Below, piece by piece: positions 18,116 to 29,100 of a DNA stretch of 64,000 bases; positions within the stretch are counted from its first letter, which is position 1; the number at the start of each line of letters is the position of its first letter. Both the position numbers and the translations under genes were made by a program. Below the pieces are notes generated by a model that searched no databases, was not told where the DNA came from, and saw nothing but the letters and a program-made list of their open reading frames with translations. Origin of the DNA: Actinomycetota bacterium (GTDB lineage Bacteria > Actinomycetota > Acidimicrobiia > Acidimicrobiales > Poriferisodalaceae); the NCBI GenBank assembly GCA_039185015.1, contig JBCDAU010000012.1, positions 57,637 through 121,636 of the forward strand. Reading direction: 5' to 3'.

Positions 18116-18634
18116 ATGGGTGAGTTCCGACGTGCAGTCCGACGTGACCGTCCGCAGATGCCCGAGGGGTATGGCGTCCCCGAGTCCGACGACGGGCTCC
18201 TGGAGTGGGCCGAGGTCGAGCCCCGGCTCGTGGAGTCGACGCAGTACTGGATGGCCACGACCCGACCAGACGGCCGGCCCCACGTCGTGCCCCGATGGGG
18301 CGTCTGGCTCGACGGCGGGCTGTTCTACGACGGTGCGCCGACCACGTTCCACGTGCGCAACCTCGTCGCCAACCCGGCGTGCACGCTGCACCTGGAAGAC
18401 GGCTGGCAGGCGGTGATCGTCGAGGGGACCTCGGGGCCGACGTCCTCACCGGGGCTCGAGCTCGGCGGGCGCATCGCCGCCGAGCTGACGCGCAAGTACG
18501 GCGAGCAGGGCTACTCCCCCGAGCCCGACGCCTGGGAGGGCGACGGAGCCGGCGGTCTGTGCCGCTTCGAACCGAGCCGGGTGCTGGCCTGGTTCGACTT
18601 CCCCACCGACATGACGAGGTTCCGCTTCGACTGA
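18116..18634 (+). CDS. pyridoxamine 5'-phosphate oxidase-family (split-barrel FMN/F420-binding) protein
   Basis: ...WMATTRPDGRPHVVPRWGVWLDGGLFYDG... 172 aa. Starts 34 bp after the TIR gene stop. Confidence 0.7.
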   Translation: MGEFRRAVRRDRPQMPEGYGVPESDDGLLEWAEVEPRLVESTQYWMATTRPDGRPHVVPRWGVWLDGGLFYDGAPTTFHVRNLVANPACTLHLEDGWQAVIVEGTSGPTSSPGLELGGRIAAELTRKYGEQGYSPEPDAWEGDGAGGLCRFEPSRVLAWFDFPTDMTRFRFD

Positions 18635-18682
18635 TGGCAAAGGCCTCAGGGCCGGCGGGGCCTCCCGGTAACCTCGGCCACC

Positions 18683-19138
18683 ATGAGCAGCCTCGAGGAG
18701 CGGATCCGCGCCGATCTCACCACCGCCATGCGCGAGCGCGACAAGGGACGCACCAGCGCGCTCCGGATGCTGATCGCCGCCATCGGCGAGGAGAAGGTCG
18801 CCGGCGACGCGGCCAAGGAGCTCACCGACGACGACGTCGAGAAGATCATCCAGCGCCTCGCCAAGCAGCGCTCCGAGGCCGCCGACGCCTACGCCGAGGC
18901 CGGCCGCGACGAGCAGGCGGCCGCCGAGCTCGCCGAGCGCGAGGTGCTGGCGGTCTACCTGCCCGAGCCACTGGGCGAGGAGGAGCTCGCCGCGCTCGTC
19001 GCCGAGGTACTGGCCGCCGAGGGCTTCGACGCGCCGTCACAGATGGGTCAGGCGATGAAGGCCGTCCAGCCGAAGATCGCCGGCCGAGCCGAGGGCAAGG
19101 CGGTCGCCGCCGCCGTCAAGGCCCACCTCGCCGGCTGA
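18683..19138 (+). CDS. GatB/YqeY domain protein
   Basis: The 151-aa protein MSSLEERIRADLTTAMRERDK...AAELAEREVL... matches the YqeY family. Confidence 0.85.
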   Translation: MSSLEERIRADLTTAMRERDKGRTSALRMLIAAIGEEKVAGDAAKELTDDDVEKIIQRLAKQRSEAADAYAEAGRDEQAAAELAEREVLAVYLPEPLGEEELAALVAEVLAAEGFDAPSQMGQAMKAVQPKIAGRAEGKAVAAAVKAHLAG

Positions 19139-19142
19139 CGAC

Positions 19143-22100
19143 GTGACCGAGGCGGCTCCGGCACCGACCGTCGCCGACCTCCGGCGGCGCCTGGGCGACC
19201 TCACCGTCGTCGACGCCGACCGACTCCGCCGGCGCCTCGACCGGGAACAGCGGCAGCCGGACCCCGAAGCGCTCGCCGCGATCGCCGACGATCTCGACGC
19301 GGCCGGGGCGCACATCGCCATGCGGCGAGCGGCCGTTCCCGACCTCCGCTACCCCGGCGAGCTCCCCGTCACCGAGCGGCGACACGACCTGCTGGAGGTC
19401 CTGCGCGGCAACCAGGTCGTGGTCGTCGCCGGTGAGACCGGATCGGGCAAGAGCACGCAGCTGCCGAAGCTCCTGCTCGAGACCGGCCGAGGCGTGCGGG
19501 GGATGATCGCCCACACCCAACCCCGCCGCCTCGCGGCGCGTTCGGTCGCCGAGCGCATCGCCCACGAGGTCGGCACCGACCTCGGCGGGGCGGTCGGATA
19601 CGCCGTTCGCTTCACCGACCAGGTGAGCGATCGCACACTCGTGAAGGTGATGACCGACGGGCTGTTGCTCGCCGAGATCCAGCGCGACCCGCTGCTACGT
19701 CGCTACGACGCCGTCGTCGTCGACGAGGCCCACGAGCGCAGCCTCAACATCGACTTCCTGCTCGGCTACCTCCACCGTCTGCTCCCCCGCCGTCGGGATC
19801 TGCAGGTCGTCATCACGTCCGCGACGATCGACACCGAGCGGTTCGCCGAGCACTACGACGCCCCGGTGGTCGAGGTCAGCGGCCGGACCTACCCCGTCGA
19901 GGTCCGCTACCGACCGTTCGGGGCCGACGTCGGCGACGACCGCGATCAGGTCCAGGCCATCGGTGACGCGGTGGTCGAGCTCTGGACCGAGGGCACCGGC
20001 GACGTGTTGGTGTTCTGCAGTGGCGAACGTGAGATCCGCGACGCCGCCGACCACCTCCGCCGGATGAACCTGCCCGACACCGAGGTCCTGCCGCTCTACG
20101 CCCGGCTCTCGGCCAGCGAGCAGCACAAGATCTTCCGGCCGCATCCCGGGCGTCGCCGGGTCGTCGTCGCCACCAACGTCGCCGAGACCTCCCTCACCGT
20201 TCCCGGGATCGAGTACGTCGTCGACAGCGGCACCGCCCGGATCAGCCGGTACTCCCGGCGGCTCAAGGTGCAGCGGCTCCCGATCGAGCAGGTCTCGCAG
20301 GCCAGCGCCAACCAGCGCGCCGGTCGCAGCGGTCGTGTCGCTCCCGGCATCTGCATACGGCTCTACGACGAGGACGGCTTCCTCGAACGCCCCGAGTTCA
20401 CCGAACCCGAGATCCTCCGCACGAACCTGGCGTCGGTCGTGCTCCAGATGGCGGCGCTCAAGCTCGGCGAGGTCGACGACTTCCCGTTCGTCGAGCCACC
20501 CGACCGCCGCTCGGTCGCCGACGCCGTGAAGCTGCTCGAGGAGCTCGGCGCCTTCGACCCCGACGAGCCCGACCCGAAGCGACGGCTCACCCAGCTCGGC
20601 CGTCGCCTGTCCCGCCTGCCGCTCGACCCCCGTCTCGGGCGGATGGTGCTCGAGGCCGAGCGAGAAGGCTGCGTGCGCGAGGTGCTGATCATCGCGACGG
20701 CGCTGTCGATCCAGGACCCCCGCGAGCGACCGGCCGACCAGGCCGGCACCGCCGACGAGCTGCACCGCCGCTTCGAGGTCGAGGGGTCGGACTTCCTCGC
20801 CTTCCTCCGCCTCTGGGACCACGCCCGTGACCGCCAGCGGGCACTGTCGGGCAACCAGTTCCGCAAGCTCTGCAGGGCCGAGCACCTCCACCACCTCCGG
20901 ATCCGGGAGTGGCAGGACCTCGAACGTCAGCTCAGGCGGGTGGCCGCCGACCTGGGCATCCGCCACTCGTCGGCCGCCGACGACCCGGACGCCATCCATC
21001 GTGCGCTCCTCTCGGGCCTGCTCTCGCAGATCGGCGTGCGCGACGGGGAGTCGAAGGAGTACCGGGGCACCCGCAACGCCCGCTTCTCGATCGGACGGGG
21101 AAGCTCGCTGGCGAAGCAAGGGCCGCGCTGGGTCATGGTCGGCGAGCTGGTCGAGACCAACCGCCTGTGGGGTCGGGTCGCCGCCCAGATCCGGCCGGAG
21201 TGGGCCGAAGCGCTCGCCGACCACCTGGTGAAGCGCAGCTACGGCGACCCGGAATGGGACGCCGAGGCAGGCCGCGCGGTCACCACCGAGCGCGTCACCC
21301 TCTACGGCCTGCCGATCGTGGTCGACCGAACCGTCGGCTACGACCGGGTCGAAGGGGGCATCGCCCGCGACCACTTCCTCCACCACGCCCTCGTCGAGCG
21401 CGACACCGAGCTCCGCCAGCGGGTGGTCGAGGAGAACCGGCTGCTGTTCGATCGCACCCGTGAGCGGGCCGACCGCGCCCGGCGTGGCCAGCACCTGGTA
21501 CCCGACGAGGTGCTGTTCGACTTCTACGACCGACGGGTCGGCGACGACGTCGTCTCCCGTGGCCACTTCGACCGGTGGTGGAAGCGCAACGTCGGCAACG
21601 AGGCCGATCTCCTCCGCCTCACCGAGAACGACCTGATCGATGACGCCGACGAGCTCGACTCCGACGACTTCCCCGACCACTGGGCGCAGGACGACCTGGT
21701 CCTCGACGTCAGCTACGAGTTCGACCCCGGCTCACCGCACGACGGTGTCACCGTCCACGTGCCGCTGGAGGTCCTGAACCGCCTCCGCCCCGACCGGTTC
21801 GACTGGCAGGTGCCGGGACTCCGGGACGAGCTGGTCGTGGCGCTGTTGCGGTCGCTGCCGAAGGTGATCCGTCGCCGCCTGCTGCCCCTCGCCGACCGGG
21901 CCGCCGAGTTCAGCGCAACCGCCGGGCCCGACGACGGTCCGATGGTCGAGGTGCTCAGCCGCTTCGTCGCCGGCGTGACCGGCGACCAGGTCTCGGCCGA
22001 CGACTGGCGGTGGGAGCAGGTCCCACCGCACCTCGTCGTCAGGTTCGAGGTCGATCGCGGCGATGGCACGGTCCTCCGCTCCGAGGACCTCGATGCCCTC

Positions 22101-23021
22101 CGCCGGGAACTGCGGGGCGACGTGCAGGCCGTCCTCTCCGAGGCCGCCGGCGGCGTCGAGGCGAGCGGGCTGTCGTGTTTCCCGTCGACCCCGGTGCCGC
22201 AGGTCGTCGAGACCGTGCGCAACGGCCAGCCCCTGACCGGCTACCCGGCGCTCGTCGACGAGGGCGATGCCGTGTCGGTCCGGGTGCTCGACGACCCCGA
22301 AGCGCAGCGTCGTGCGATGATCGCCGGCACCCGGCGGCTGATCCTGCTGGCCCTTCCCTCGCCGCGGAAGGCCGTCGCCGGCCGGCTCGGTCGAGACACC
22401 CAGCTGCTGTTGGCCCGGGGGGTCACCGGTCGCCTGACCGACCTCCTCGACGACGCCGTCGCCGTCGCCATCGACCAGCTCGTGCACGAGGCCGGCGGTC
22501 CCGTCTGGACCGACGACGACTTCGAACGGCTCCTCGGACAGGTCCGCCCCGACGTGGTCGACCGAGCGGGTGACCTGCTGAGCACGGTCGCTCCCGCGCT
22601 CGACGCCGCGAGCCGGGTCCGCGAGCGGATCGACTCCATCGACGACCCGCTCCTGGCTCCGTCGATCGCGGACATCGAGGCCCAGCTCGATCACCTCGTC
22701 GGCGAGGGCTTCCTCGGCCGGGCGGGCAGCGAGTGGCTCCCCCACCTCGCCCGCTACCTGGAGGCGCTCACCCAACGCACCGATCGGCTCGTCCTCAACC
22801 CTCGGCGGGACCTGGAGCACGTCACCACGGTCGCCGGCGTCCTCCGCGACCTCACCGACGCTCGGGCGAGGGTGCCGGAGCATCGGCTGCCGGAGCTCGA
22901 CCGCATCGGCTGGCTGGTCGAGGAGCTCCGGGTGAGCCTCTTCGCCCAGCAGCTCGGCACGTCGACGACGGTCAGTGCCAAGCGCCTCCGCCGCTCGATC
23001 GCCGAGGTCGTCACATCCTGA
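19143..23021 (+). CDS. hrpA: ATP-dependent RNA helicase HrpA (DEAH-box)
   Basis: GETGSGKSTQLPK, DEAHERS, SAT and QRAGRSGRVAPG motifs. 1292 aa with the HrpA-specific C-terminal extension. Confidence 0.9.
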   Translation: MTEAAPAPTVADLRRRLGDLTVVDADRLRRRLDREQRQPDPEALAAIADDLDAAGAHIAMRRAAVPDLRYPGELPVTERRHDLLEVLRGNQVVVVAGETGSGKSTQLPKLLLETGRGVRGMIAHTQPRRLAARSVAERIAHEVGTDLGGAVGYAVRFTDQVSDRTLVKVMTDGLLLAEIQRDPLLRRYDAVVVDEAHERSLNIDFLLGYLHRLLPRRRDLQVVITSATIDTERFAEHYDAPVVEVSGRTYPVEVRYRPFGADVGDDRDQVQAIGDAVVELWTEGTGDVLVFCSGEREIRDAADHLRRMNLPDTEVLPLYARLSASEQHKIFRPHPGRRRVVVATNVAETSLTVPGIEYVVDSGTARISRYSRRLKVQRLPIEQVSQASANQRAGRSGRVAPGICIRLYDEDGFLERPEFTEPEILRTNLASVVLQMAALKLGEVDDFPFVEPPDRRSVADAVKLLEELGAFDPDEPDPKRRLTQLGRRLSRLPLDPRLGRMVLEAEREGCVREVLIIATALSIQDPRERPADQAGTADELHRRFEVEGSDFLAFLRLWDHARDRQRALSGNQFRKLCRAEHLHHLRIREWQDLERQLRRVAADLGIRHSSAADDPDAIHRALLSGLLSQIGVRDGESKEYRGTRNARFSIGRGSSLAKQGPRWVMVGELVETNRLWGRVAAQIRPEWAEALADHLVKRSYGDPEWDAEAGRAVTTERVTLYGLPIVVDRTVGYDRVEGGIARDHFLHHALVERDTELRQRVVEENRLLFDRTRERADRARRGQHLVPDEVLFDFYDRRVGDDVVSRGHFDRWWKRNVGNEADLLRLTENDLIDDADELDSDDFPDHWAQDDLVLDVSYEFDPGSPHDGVTVHVPLEVLNRLRPDRFDWQVPGLRDELVVALLRSLPKVIRRRLLPLADRAAEFSATAGPDDGPMVEVLSRFVAGVTGDQVSADDWRWEQVPPHLVVRFEVDRGDGTVLRSEDLDALRRELRGDVQAVLSEAAGGVEASGLSCFPSTPVPQVVETVRNGQPLTGYPALVDEGDAVSVRVLDDPEAQRRAMIAGTRRLILLALPSPRKAVAGRLGRDTQLLLARGVTGRLTDLLDDAVAVAIDQLVHEAGGPVWTDDDFERLLGQVRPDVVDRAGDLLSTVAPALDAASRVRERIDSIDDPLLAPSIADIEAQLDHLVGEGFLGRAGSEWLPHLARYLEALTQRTDRLVLNPRRDLEHVTTVAGVLRDLTDARARVPEHRLPELDRIGWLVEELRVSLFAQQLGTSTTVSAKRLRRSIAEVVTS

Positions 23022-23991
23022 CGACGACCTTGCCGGCGTAGGCGTTGGCCTCCATCCGCTCGTGGGCGGCGGGGAGATCCTCGAACGCGATGACCTCGTC
23101 GATGCCGGCCGCGTAGGTGCCGTCGGCGACGCGGTCGACGACCGCTTGGAGGGTTGCGGTGTCGTGAGCCGCGTCGAGCTCCTCGCTCGAGTAGAAGCCG
23201 ACGTCGTCCCGAGCGAAGTAGCCGCCGACGGTCGCGGTCTCACCGGTCCCGTAGCTGTCGGCCAGCGAGCCGGAGACGCAGATGCGGCCGCCGTCGGCGA
23301 GCAGGTCGAGGTCGTCGGCGAGGCTGACGTCGCTGGCGATGGTGTCCACCACACCCGTGGCACCGTCCGGCCAGCGGTCCCGCACCGCCGCGACGACGGG
23401 GCCGTCGGCGACGAGCACCTCGGTGAAGCCCCGCTCGATCAGCCGATCCCGCTTCGACGCCGATCTGGTGACGCCGATGACCTCGCCACCGTCCGCGACG
23501 ACGATCTGGGCGATCGCCAGTCCGAGCGCCGAGGCACCCGGACGCACGAGCATCCTGACCCCCCGGCCGGACCCACCGGCGACCTGCACGGACCCCCACG
23601 CCGTGAAGAAGGTCTCGGGAACGGCGCCGAGCACCTCCCAAGCGAGCGTGGTGTCGAGCGGGAACACGTTCGATCGGGGCACCGAGGTCTCCTCGGCGTA
23701 GGAGCCGTCGTACGCACGTCCCATCCCACCCATGGCGGCGGCGACCGTCTGCCCGACGGTGAGGCCCGTGCCACCGGCGTCGAGCACCCGACCGACGCAC
23801 TCGATGCCGATCACCCGGGGGAACGGCACGGCGTCGCCGGAACCACCGGCCCTGGTGACGGCCTCGGCTCGGTTGAGTCCGAACGCCTCGATGCCGATCC
23901 GGACCCGACCGGGTTCGTCGACCGGCCTGGGCACCTCGCCCAGCTCGAGCACCTCGGGCCCACCGGGACGGCTGACGACGAACGCGCGCAT
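23011..23991 (-). CDS. zinc-type alcohol dehydrogenase / quinone oxidoreductase (MDR superfamily)
   Basis: MRAFVVSRPGGPEVLELGEVPRP...GLNRAE... Its stop overlaps the hrpA 3' end by 11 bp (convergent). Confidence 0.8.
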   Translation of the reverse strand: MRAFVVSRPGGPEVLELGEVPRPVDEPGRVRIGIEAFGLNRAEAVTRAGGSGDAVPFPRVIGIECVGRVLDAGGTGLTVGQTVAAAMGGMGRAYDGSYAEETSVPRSNVFPLDTTLAWEVLGAVPETFFTAWGSVQVAGGSGRGVRMLVRPGASALGLAIAQIVVADGGEVIGVTRSASKRDRLIERGFTEVLVADGPVVAAVRDRWPDGATGVVDTIASDVSLADDLDLLADGGRICVSGSLADSYGTGETATVGGYFARDDVGFYSSEELDAAHDTATLQAVVDRVADGTYAAGIDEVIAFEDLPAAHERMEANAYAGKVVVRM

Positions 23992-23992
23992 C

Positions 23993-24388
23993 TCAGACCT
24001 CGCCGACGACGTGGCTGGAGTTCACCACGATCCGATTGCCCTCGGGATCGGTCAGGTCGAAGATCCGGTGCGGAAACCGGCGGCGAATGGGTGTCGGCTC
24101 GGCCCCGAGGCCGGCGACGTGGTCGCGCATGGCTTCGAGGTCGTCGACCATCAGGTCGAGCGTGCCCTCCCCGGCCGGTCCGGAGGTGATGGCGAGGTGC
24201 GTTCCACCTCGGACCTCGAGGATGGCGACGCCGGGCATGCGTGCGACCCGTCGCATGCCGAGGTCGACGTAGAAGTCGGCGAGACGACCGACGTCATCGC
24301 CGGTGAGCGAGACATGTCCGAAGGCGATCGGCGGACGGCCGTCGTCGGTGTCGGAGGTGCGGGATCGGGAGGCGAGGAGGCTGCGCAT
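23993..24388 (-). CDS. VOC family protein
   Basis: 131 aa. Its stop abuts the downstream dehydrogenase start, indicating an operon. Confidence 0.7.
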   Translation of the reverse strand: MRSLLASRSRTSDTDDGRPPIAFGHVSLTGDDVGRLADFYVDLGMRRVARMPGVAILEVRGGTHLAITSGPAGEGTLDLMVDDLEAMRDHVAGLGAEPTPIRRRFPHRIFDLTDPEGNRIVVNSSHVVGEV

Positions 24389-24401
24389 GCCCCATTCATA
24401 T

Positions 24402-24418
24402 CGAGACGAACCGTCTCG
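24402..24418. promoter_or_regulatory. perfect 7-bp inverted repeat cgagacg-aac-cgtctcg in the divergent VOC/TetR intergenic region (candidate TetR operator)
   Basis: Seen directly in the sequence; lies between divergent starts at 24388 and 24457. Confidence 0.35.
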
Positions 24419-24456
24419 TCAACCTCGGAGCCACGATTTTCGCTACATTGTGACTC

Positions 24457-25041
24457 ATGACCACCACCCGGCCGGTCGGACGTCCACCGGGCCCCCACGA
24501 GGACACCCTCGCCAAGATCCTCCCCGTGGCGCTGCGCTTGTTCCTCGACGAGGGTGGCGCCGCGCTCACGCCGACCCGGCTCCATCAGGAGACGGGCGTG
24601 GCGCGGGCGACGATCTACCGCAACTGGCCCGACGCCGCCGACCTGATCGAGGTCATGTTGAGTCGGGCCACCCAGCCACCGCCCGACGACCTGTTCACCG
24701 GCGAGCTGCATGCCGACCTCCACGCCGCAGCGGAGTTCCTGGTCTGGCGGTTCACCGACCGTCCAGCGCGGGCGTTCTTCGGCGCATGCCTCGACTCCGC
24801 CCGACACAACGAGCGCGTCGCCGCTGCGGCCGAGTCGTTCATCGCCGGCATCCTCGATCCGTTCCGTTCGGTGATCACCGATGCGGTCGAGCGGGGCGAG
24901 CTCGACGGTGATGTCGAACAGATGGTGAGCGAGATCGCGGGACCGCTGATCCTCGACCACGTCGTGCTCGGCAGGACCGTGACCACGGCCCGCGCACGCC
25001 AGATCGTCGACAACGTCCTGTCGTACTCCACGAAGTCGTAG
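24457..25041 (+). CDS. TetR/AcrR family transcriptional regulator
   Basis: HTH region ...TPTRLHQETGVARATIYRNWPD... Confidence 0.85.
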   Translation: MTTTRPVGRPPGPHEDTLAKILPVALRLFLDEGGAALTPTRLHQETGVARATIYRNWPDAADLIEVMLSRATQPPPDDLFTGELHADLHAAAEFLVWRFTDRPARAFFGACLDSARHNERVAAAAESFIAGILDPFRSVITDAVERGELDGDVEQMVSEIAGPLILDHVVLGRTVTTARARQIVDNVLSYSTKS

Positions 25042-25071
25042 CCACCACCGAGCCTGGTCCAGACTTCACCG

Positions 25072-26040
25072 GTGACCGATCGAGCCACTGCCGGGGCGGC
25101 CGCCGACCATCCGGACATCGACCTCGCGGAGCTCGATCGTGGACCCGCGGCGAGGCAGCGGACAATGGCGGCGATCCGCTCCGCCTTCGAAGACGTCGGC
25201 TACTTCTACGCCGCCAACTTCGGACCGTCGCAGGCGTCGGTCGACGCCGTCTTCGAGCAGGCCCGCCGCTTCCACGACCTGCCCGACGACCACAAGCGCT
25301 CGGCGTTCCAGGACGCCGACGGATCGCAGCGAGGCTGGATCCCGCTCGGGACCGAGCCGGCCTACGAGCCCGGCACCGTCTCCCGGTGCGAGTCCTTCGA
25401 CCTCGCGATGGACCTGCCGGCCGAGTCGAGCACCAAGTTCGGCGGGCTCGGCGCCAACGTCTGGCCGGCTGACCTGCCTGGCTTCCAGGAGACCGTCTAC
25501 GGCTGGTACCTCGAGGCCAGGGCTGCGGCACGTCGGCTGTTCGTCGCCTTCGCCGAGATGTACGAACTGGAGCACGACGCCTTCGCCCGATACGAGAGCG
25601 AGCGGGCGTCCTCGATGATGCGGCTGCTCCGGTACCCGTCTCGGGAGGTGGAACACCGTGGCCTGAACGTGGTGGGCATCAGCGCCCACACCGACTACGA
25701 GGCGTTCACGCTCATGGCGCAGACGGCGCCCGGGCTCGAGCTCCGCACCCGGAACGGCACCTGGATCGAGCCGCCGGTCGTGCAGGATCGCTTCGTCGTG
25801 ATCGTCGGCGACATGCTGGAGCGCCTCACCAACGGCGCCCTGCAGGCCACCCGGCACCGGGTCCGGGACACCGAGTGGGAGCGGTTGAGCCTCATCCTGT
25901 TCAACGCCTTCGATGCCGACGCCGTGATCGAGCCCTTGCCCGAGTTCTGCGGCCCCGACTCGCCACCCCGCTACGCGCCGACCACGCAGGTCGACCACAT
26001 CGACGCGGAGGTCAGCGCCGCCGTCGCCAACCGCAGCTGA
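25072..26040 (+). CDS. 2-oxoglutarate/Fe(II)-dependent oxygenase (isopenicillin N synthase-like family)
   Basis: HxD...H iron-binding region ISAHTDYEAFTL...ATRHRV. 322 aa. Confidence 0.8.
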   Translation: MTDRATAGAAADHPDIDLAELDRGPAARQRTMAAIRSAFEDVGYFYAANFGPSQASVDAVFEQARRFHDLPDDHKRSAFQDADGSQRGWIPLGTEPAYEPGTVSRCESFDLAMDLPAESSTKFGGLGANVWPADLPGFQETVYGWYLEARAAARRLFVAFAEMYELEHDAFARYESERASSMMRLLRYPSREVEHRGLNVVGISAHTDYEAFTLMAQTAPGLELRTRNGTWIEPPVVQDRFVVIVGDMLERLTNGALQATRHRVRDTEWERLSLILFNAFDADAVIEPLPEFCGPDSPPRYAPTTQVDHIDAEVSAAVANRS

Positions 26041-26133
26041 CCGCCGATCCCGTCAGACCGGCCGGACGTCGATCGGTGCATCGACCTGAGCTGCGAGACG
26101 GCTGATGTCCTCCTCGTGCTCAGGTCGGTCACC

Positions 26134-29100
26134 TCAGCCCTCGTCGAGCGCCGCGACGATCCGGTCCAGCGCGGCGACGACCGGGGCCGACGGATCGGCG
26201 GCGGTGCGGGCCGCCCAGCGGTCGCAGATCTCCGCCCAGCGCTGCGCGTCCTCCGGTGACAGGGCATCCCGCAGGGCCCCCAGCGCCAGGAGGTTCTGCT
26301 CGGCCCGGTCGGTGAGCGTCTGCGCCTCGGAGGCGTAGTGCTCGTCGACCGCCTCGTCGAGCTCGTCCTCGGTCATCGCCGGCACCACCTGGGCGGCGAT
26401 GCGGGCCATGTTGCGGTACGAGCCCTGGAGCAGGAACGGCGGCGCGACACGGTCCTCGTCGCTCGTCGCCGCCGAGGCGACGTAGGCGCCGTTGACCTGC
26501 ATCAGGACCGCCTGCGCTCGGCGCACCAGCCGCAGCACCCGCACCGCCTCGTCGAGCTCACCCGGCTCCCACCGGTGGGCCAGCCCGTCGGTGGTGGGGG
26601 CCCGTCGGCCGTCGGCCATGGCCACCAGCGGCTCGACGTCGTCGAGGAGCCTGGCGGCGTGCGCCGCCAGCGCCGGAGTCGCCGTCAGGCTGTTCTCGAC
26701 GTAGGAGAGCGCGAACTCGGCGGCGTACTCGTCGGCGACGTCGCCGAGGTTGTGGACGTCGGCGCGGTTCACGAGCATGTCCGGCAGCTCGAAACGGGCC
26801 CCGCCGGTGGAGTACGGGTTGCCGGCCATCACGACGGCGAAGCGCCGGCCCCGCAGGTCGAAGGTGCGGGACGCGCCGTCGACGACGCCCTCGATGCGGC
26901 GGGTCGCGTCCGCCAACGGGATGAACCGGGACAGCAGATCGGGACTCGTGAACTGGATGTCGTCGATGAACAGCAGGACGTTGCGGCCCATCTGCAGCGC
27001 CAGGTTGATCTTGGCCACCTCGGCCCGTGCGGCGGCATTCGGCGCATCGGCCGGATCGAGCGACGTCGTCGCCGTGCCCAGCGCCGGACCGTTCACCTTG
27101 ACCATCAGCATCCCGAGCCGATCGGCGACCCACGACATCAACGTGGTCTTGCCGTAGCCGGGCGGGGAGGTCAGCACGAGCAGACCAGAGCGGGCGAGGT
27201 CGGTGGCATCGACGGCGCCGATCTGCCGGGCCAGGTTCGTGCCGACGAGTGGGAGCAGCGCCCGGTCGATGAGGCGGTTCCGGACGAACCCGGCCATCAC
27301 CTTCGGCCGATGCTCGTCGAGATCGACGGCGGCGCGCACCTCCTCGACGACGGCCTTCCGGGCCTCCTGGTAGGCCGGCCAGCGCTCGGCCATCCGCGTC
27401 AACTCGCCGCCGACGCGGTCTGCGAGCTCGTCGAAGCGCACCGCGAGCGAGCCGTCGGCGAGCTGTGGATGGTCGCCGACCAGACCCTCGACGGTGACCG
27501 TGCCGGGATGGCGGATCTCGCGAACGTCGACCTCGGGAGCGGCGAGCAACGAGGCGGCCTCGTCAACGTCGAACGCGAGATCCTCGAGCCCCTCGGCGCG
27601 CACCAGCCCCGCCACCCAGTCCCGGGCCACGAGGAAGCGGTCGACGGCAGCGTCGTTCGCCTCGATGGCGAGCTCGAGCTCGCGACGGCCCTCCTCCCCC
27701 AGCTTGTCCCGGAGGCGGCGCACCAGATCGGCGGCGGTCGATGCTGCGGCCACGGCGTCGCCGTCACGGCCGAGCTCGTCCACCAGGAACGCGGCGACTC
27801 GATCGATCTCCGGCATGCCATCGAGGCCGGCGAGCTCCTCGACCACCTCGACTCGGAGACGATCGAGGCCGTCGGCGACGCCGACCCGCTCCTGAGCCGC
27901 GCGGGCGGAGCGGGCGCGGGCGACCAGCGCCGTGCGCTTCGCCTCGGTCAGCCCTCGCACGGCGACACGACCCCACGCCCGGGCCGCACCGGGATGGCGC
28001 AACACCGGATCGGTCGCCCCGCGGGGCAGCACCGCACCGAGGATGCGGGCCGCGTCGTGATCGTGCACTCCGACCTCGTACCCCTCGCCGTGACGGCGCT
28101 CGGCCTCGGTCCGGCACCGGGCTGCGATCTGGTCGGGCACCGCGGCCGCCGACACGAGGTCGGCGAGTCCCTCGGCGCCTGCCGCGTCGACCACGGCCCA
28201 GGCCAGGTACTCGCCTCGGTAGATCGAGGCCGTCTCGGACGGGTGCGGTCGGTCGAGGAGGTCGGCGAACTCATCGAGTCGCTCCGTGACGTCGAGGCGG
28301 AACTCGGTTCCGGTGACCGCGACCTCGACGCCGCCGTCGGACGACGGCGCCAGCACGAGCTCGACCGGTTGCGCGTTGGGGGCGAAGCGAGACCCACCGA
28401 AGGCGATCGCGCCGTCATCGGCCACGAGGTCGGCGGTGTCGCGGACCCGGCGTCGGGCCTCCTCTGCGGCCGCGGCGAGGGCCGACCGAACCTCGGCGGC
28501 CTGCCCGGTCTCGCCGAGGTCGTCGAGCTCGGTGGCCAGGTCGCGGACGCGGGCGACCATCTGGTCGGCGGCGAAGAAGCCGGCGATGCCGGCCTCGTCC
28601 TCGGCTTCGGCGGCACGTCGGGTGATCGTCACCAACAGGCGATCGGCGGCCTCGGCGATGCGGCGTGCCCGCCGGTTGCGTTCATCGACGAGCTCGGACC
28701 GGCGCGCGCCGAACGCCTCGTTGATCCGGTCACGGAGCTCCGCCACGCGGACGACGCGCTCGGGGTCGTCGGCGTAGCGGGCGTCGATGCGCTCGGCGTT
28801 GACGAGCAGACGGGCGAGCTCGGCGTCGCACTGCTCTGGGGTGGAGGCAGCGACCACGGCGCCGGACAACGTCTGTTCGACCAACGCGAGCTCGGCGTCG
28901 AACGCCTCGGCCGACTCGGCGTCGCGGCGGCGACGTTCCTGACCGTCGAGCACCGCCCGGGCGCGGTTGGCGGCGGCGGACACGTCGGCCACTCGTCGGA
29001 CGATCCGCGTGCGCGCCGTCGGGTCGCCGCCGTCGAGCGAGGAGACCGCATCGACGACGGCATCGAGATCACCGGTGACCTCGTCGAGCCGCTCTGCGAC

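Noticed and set aside
19695-21680. 661-aa minus-strand ORF
   Set aside because: Antisense to hrpA, whose helicase motifs are unambiguous.
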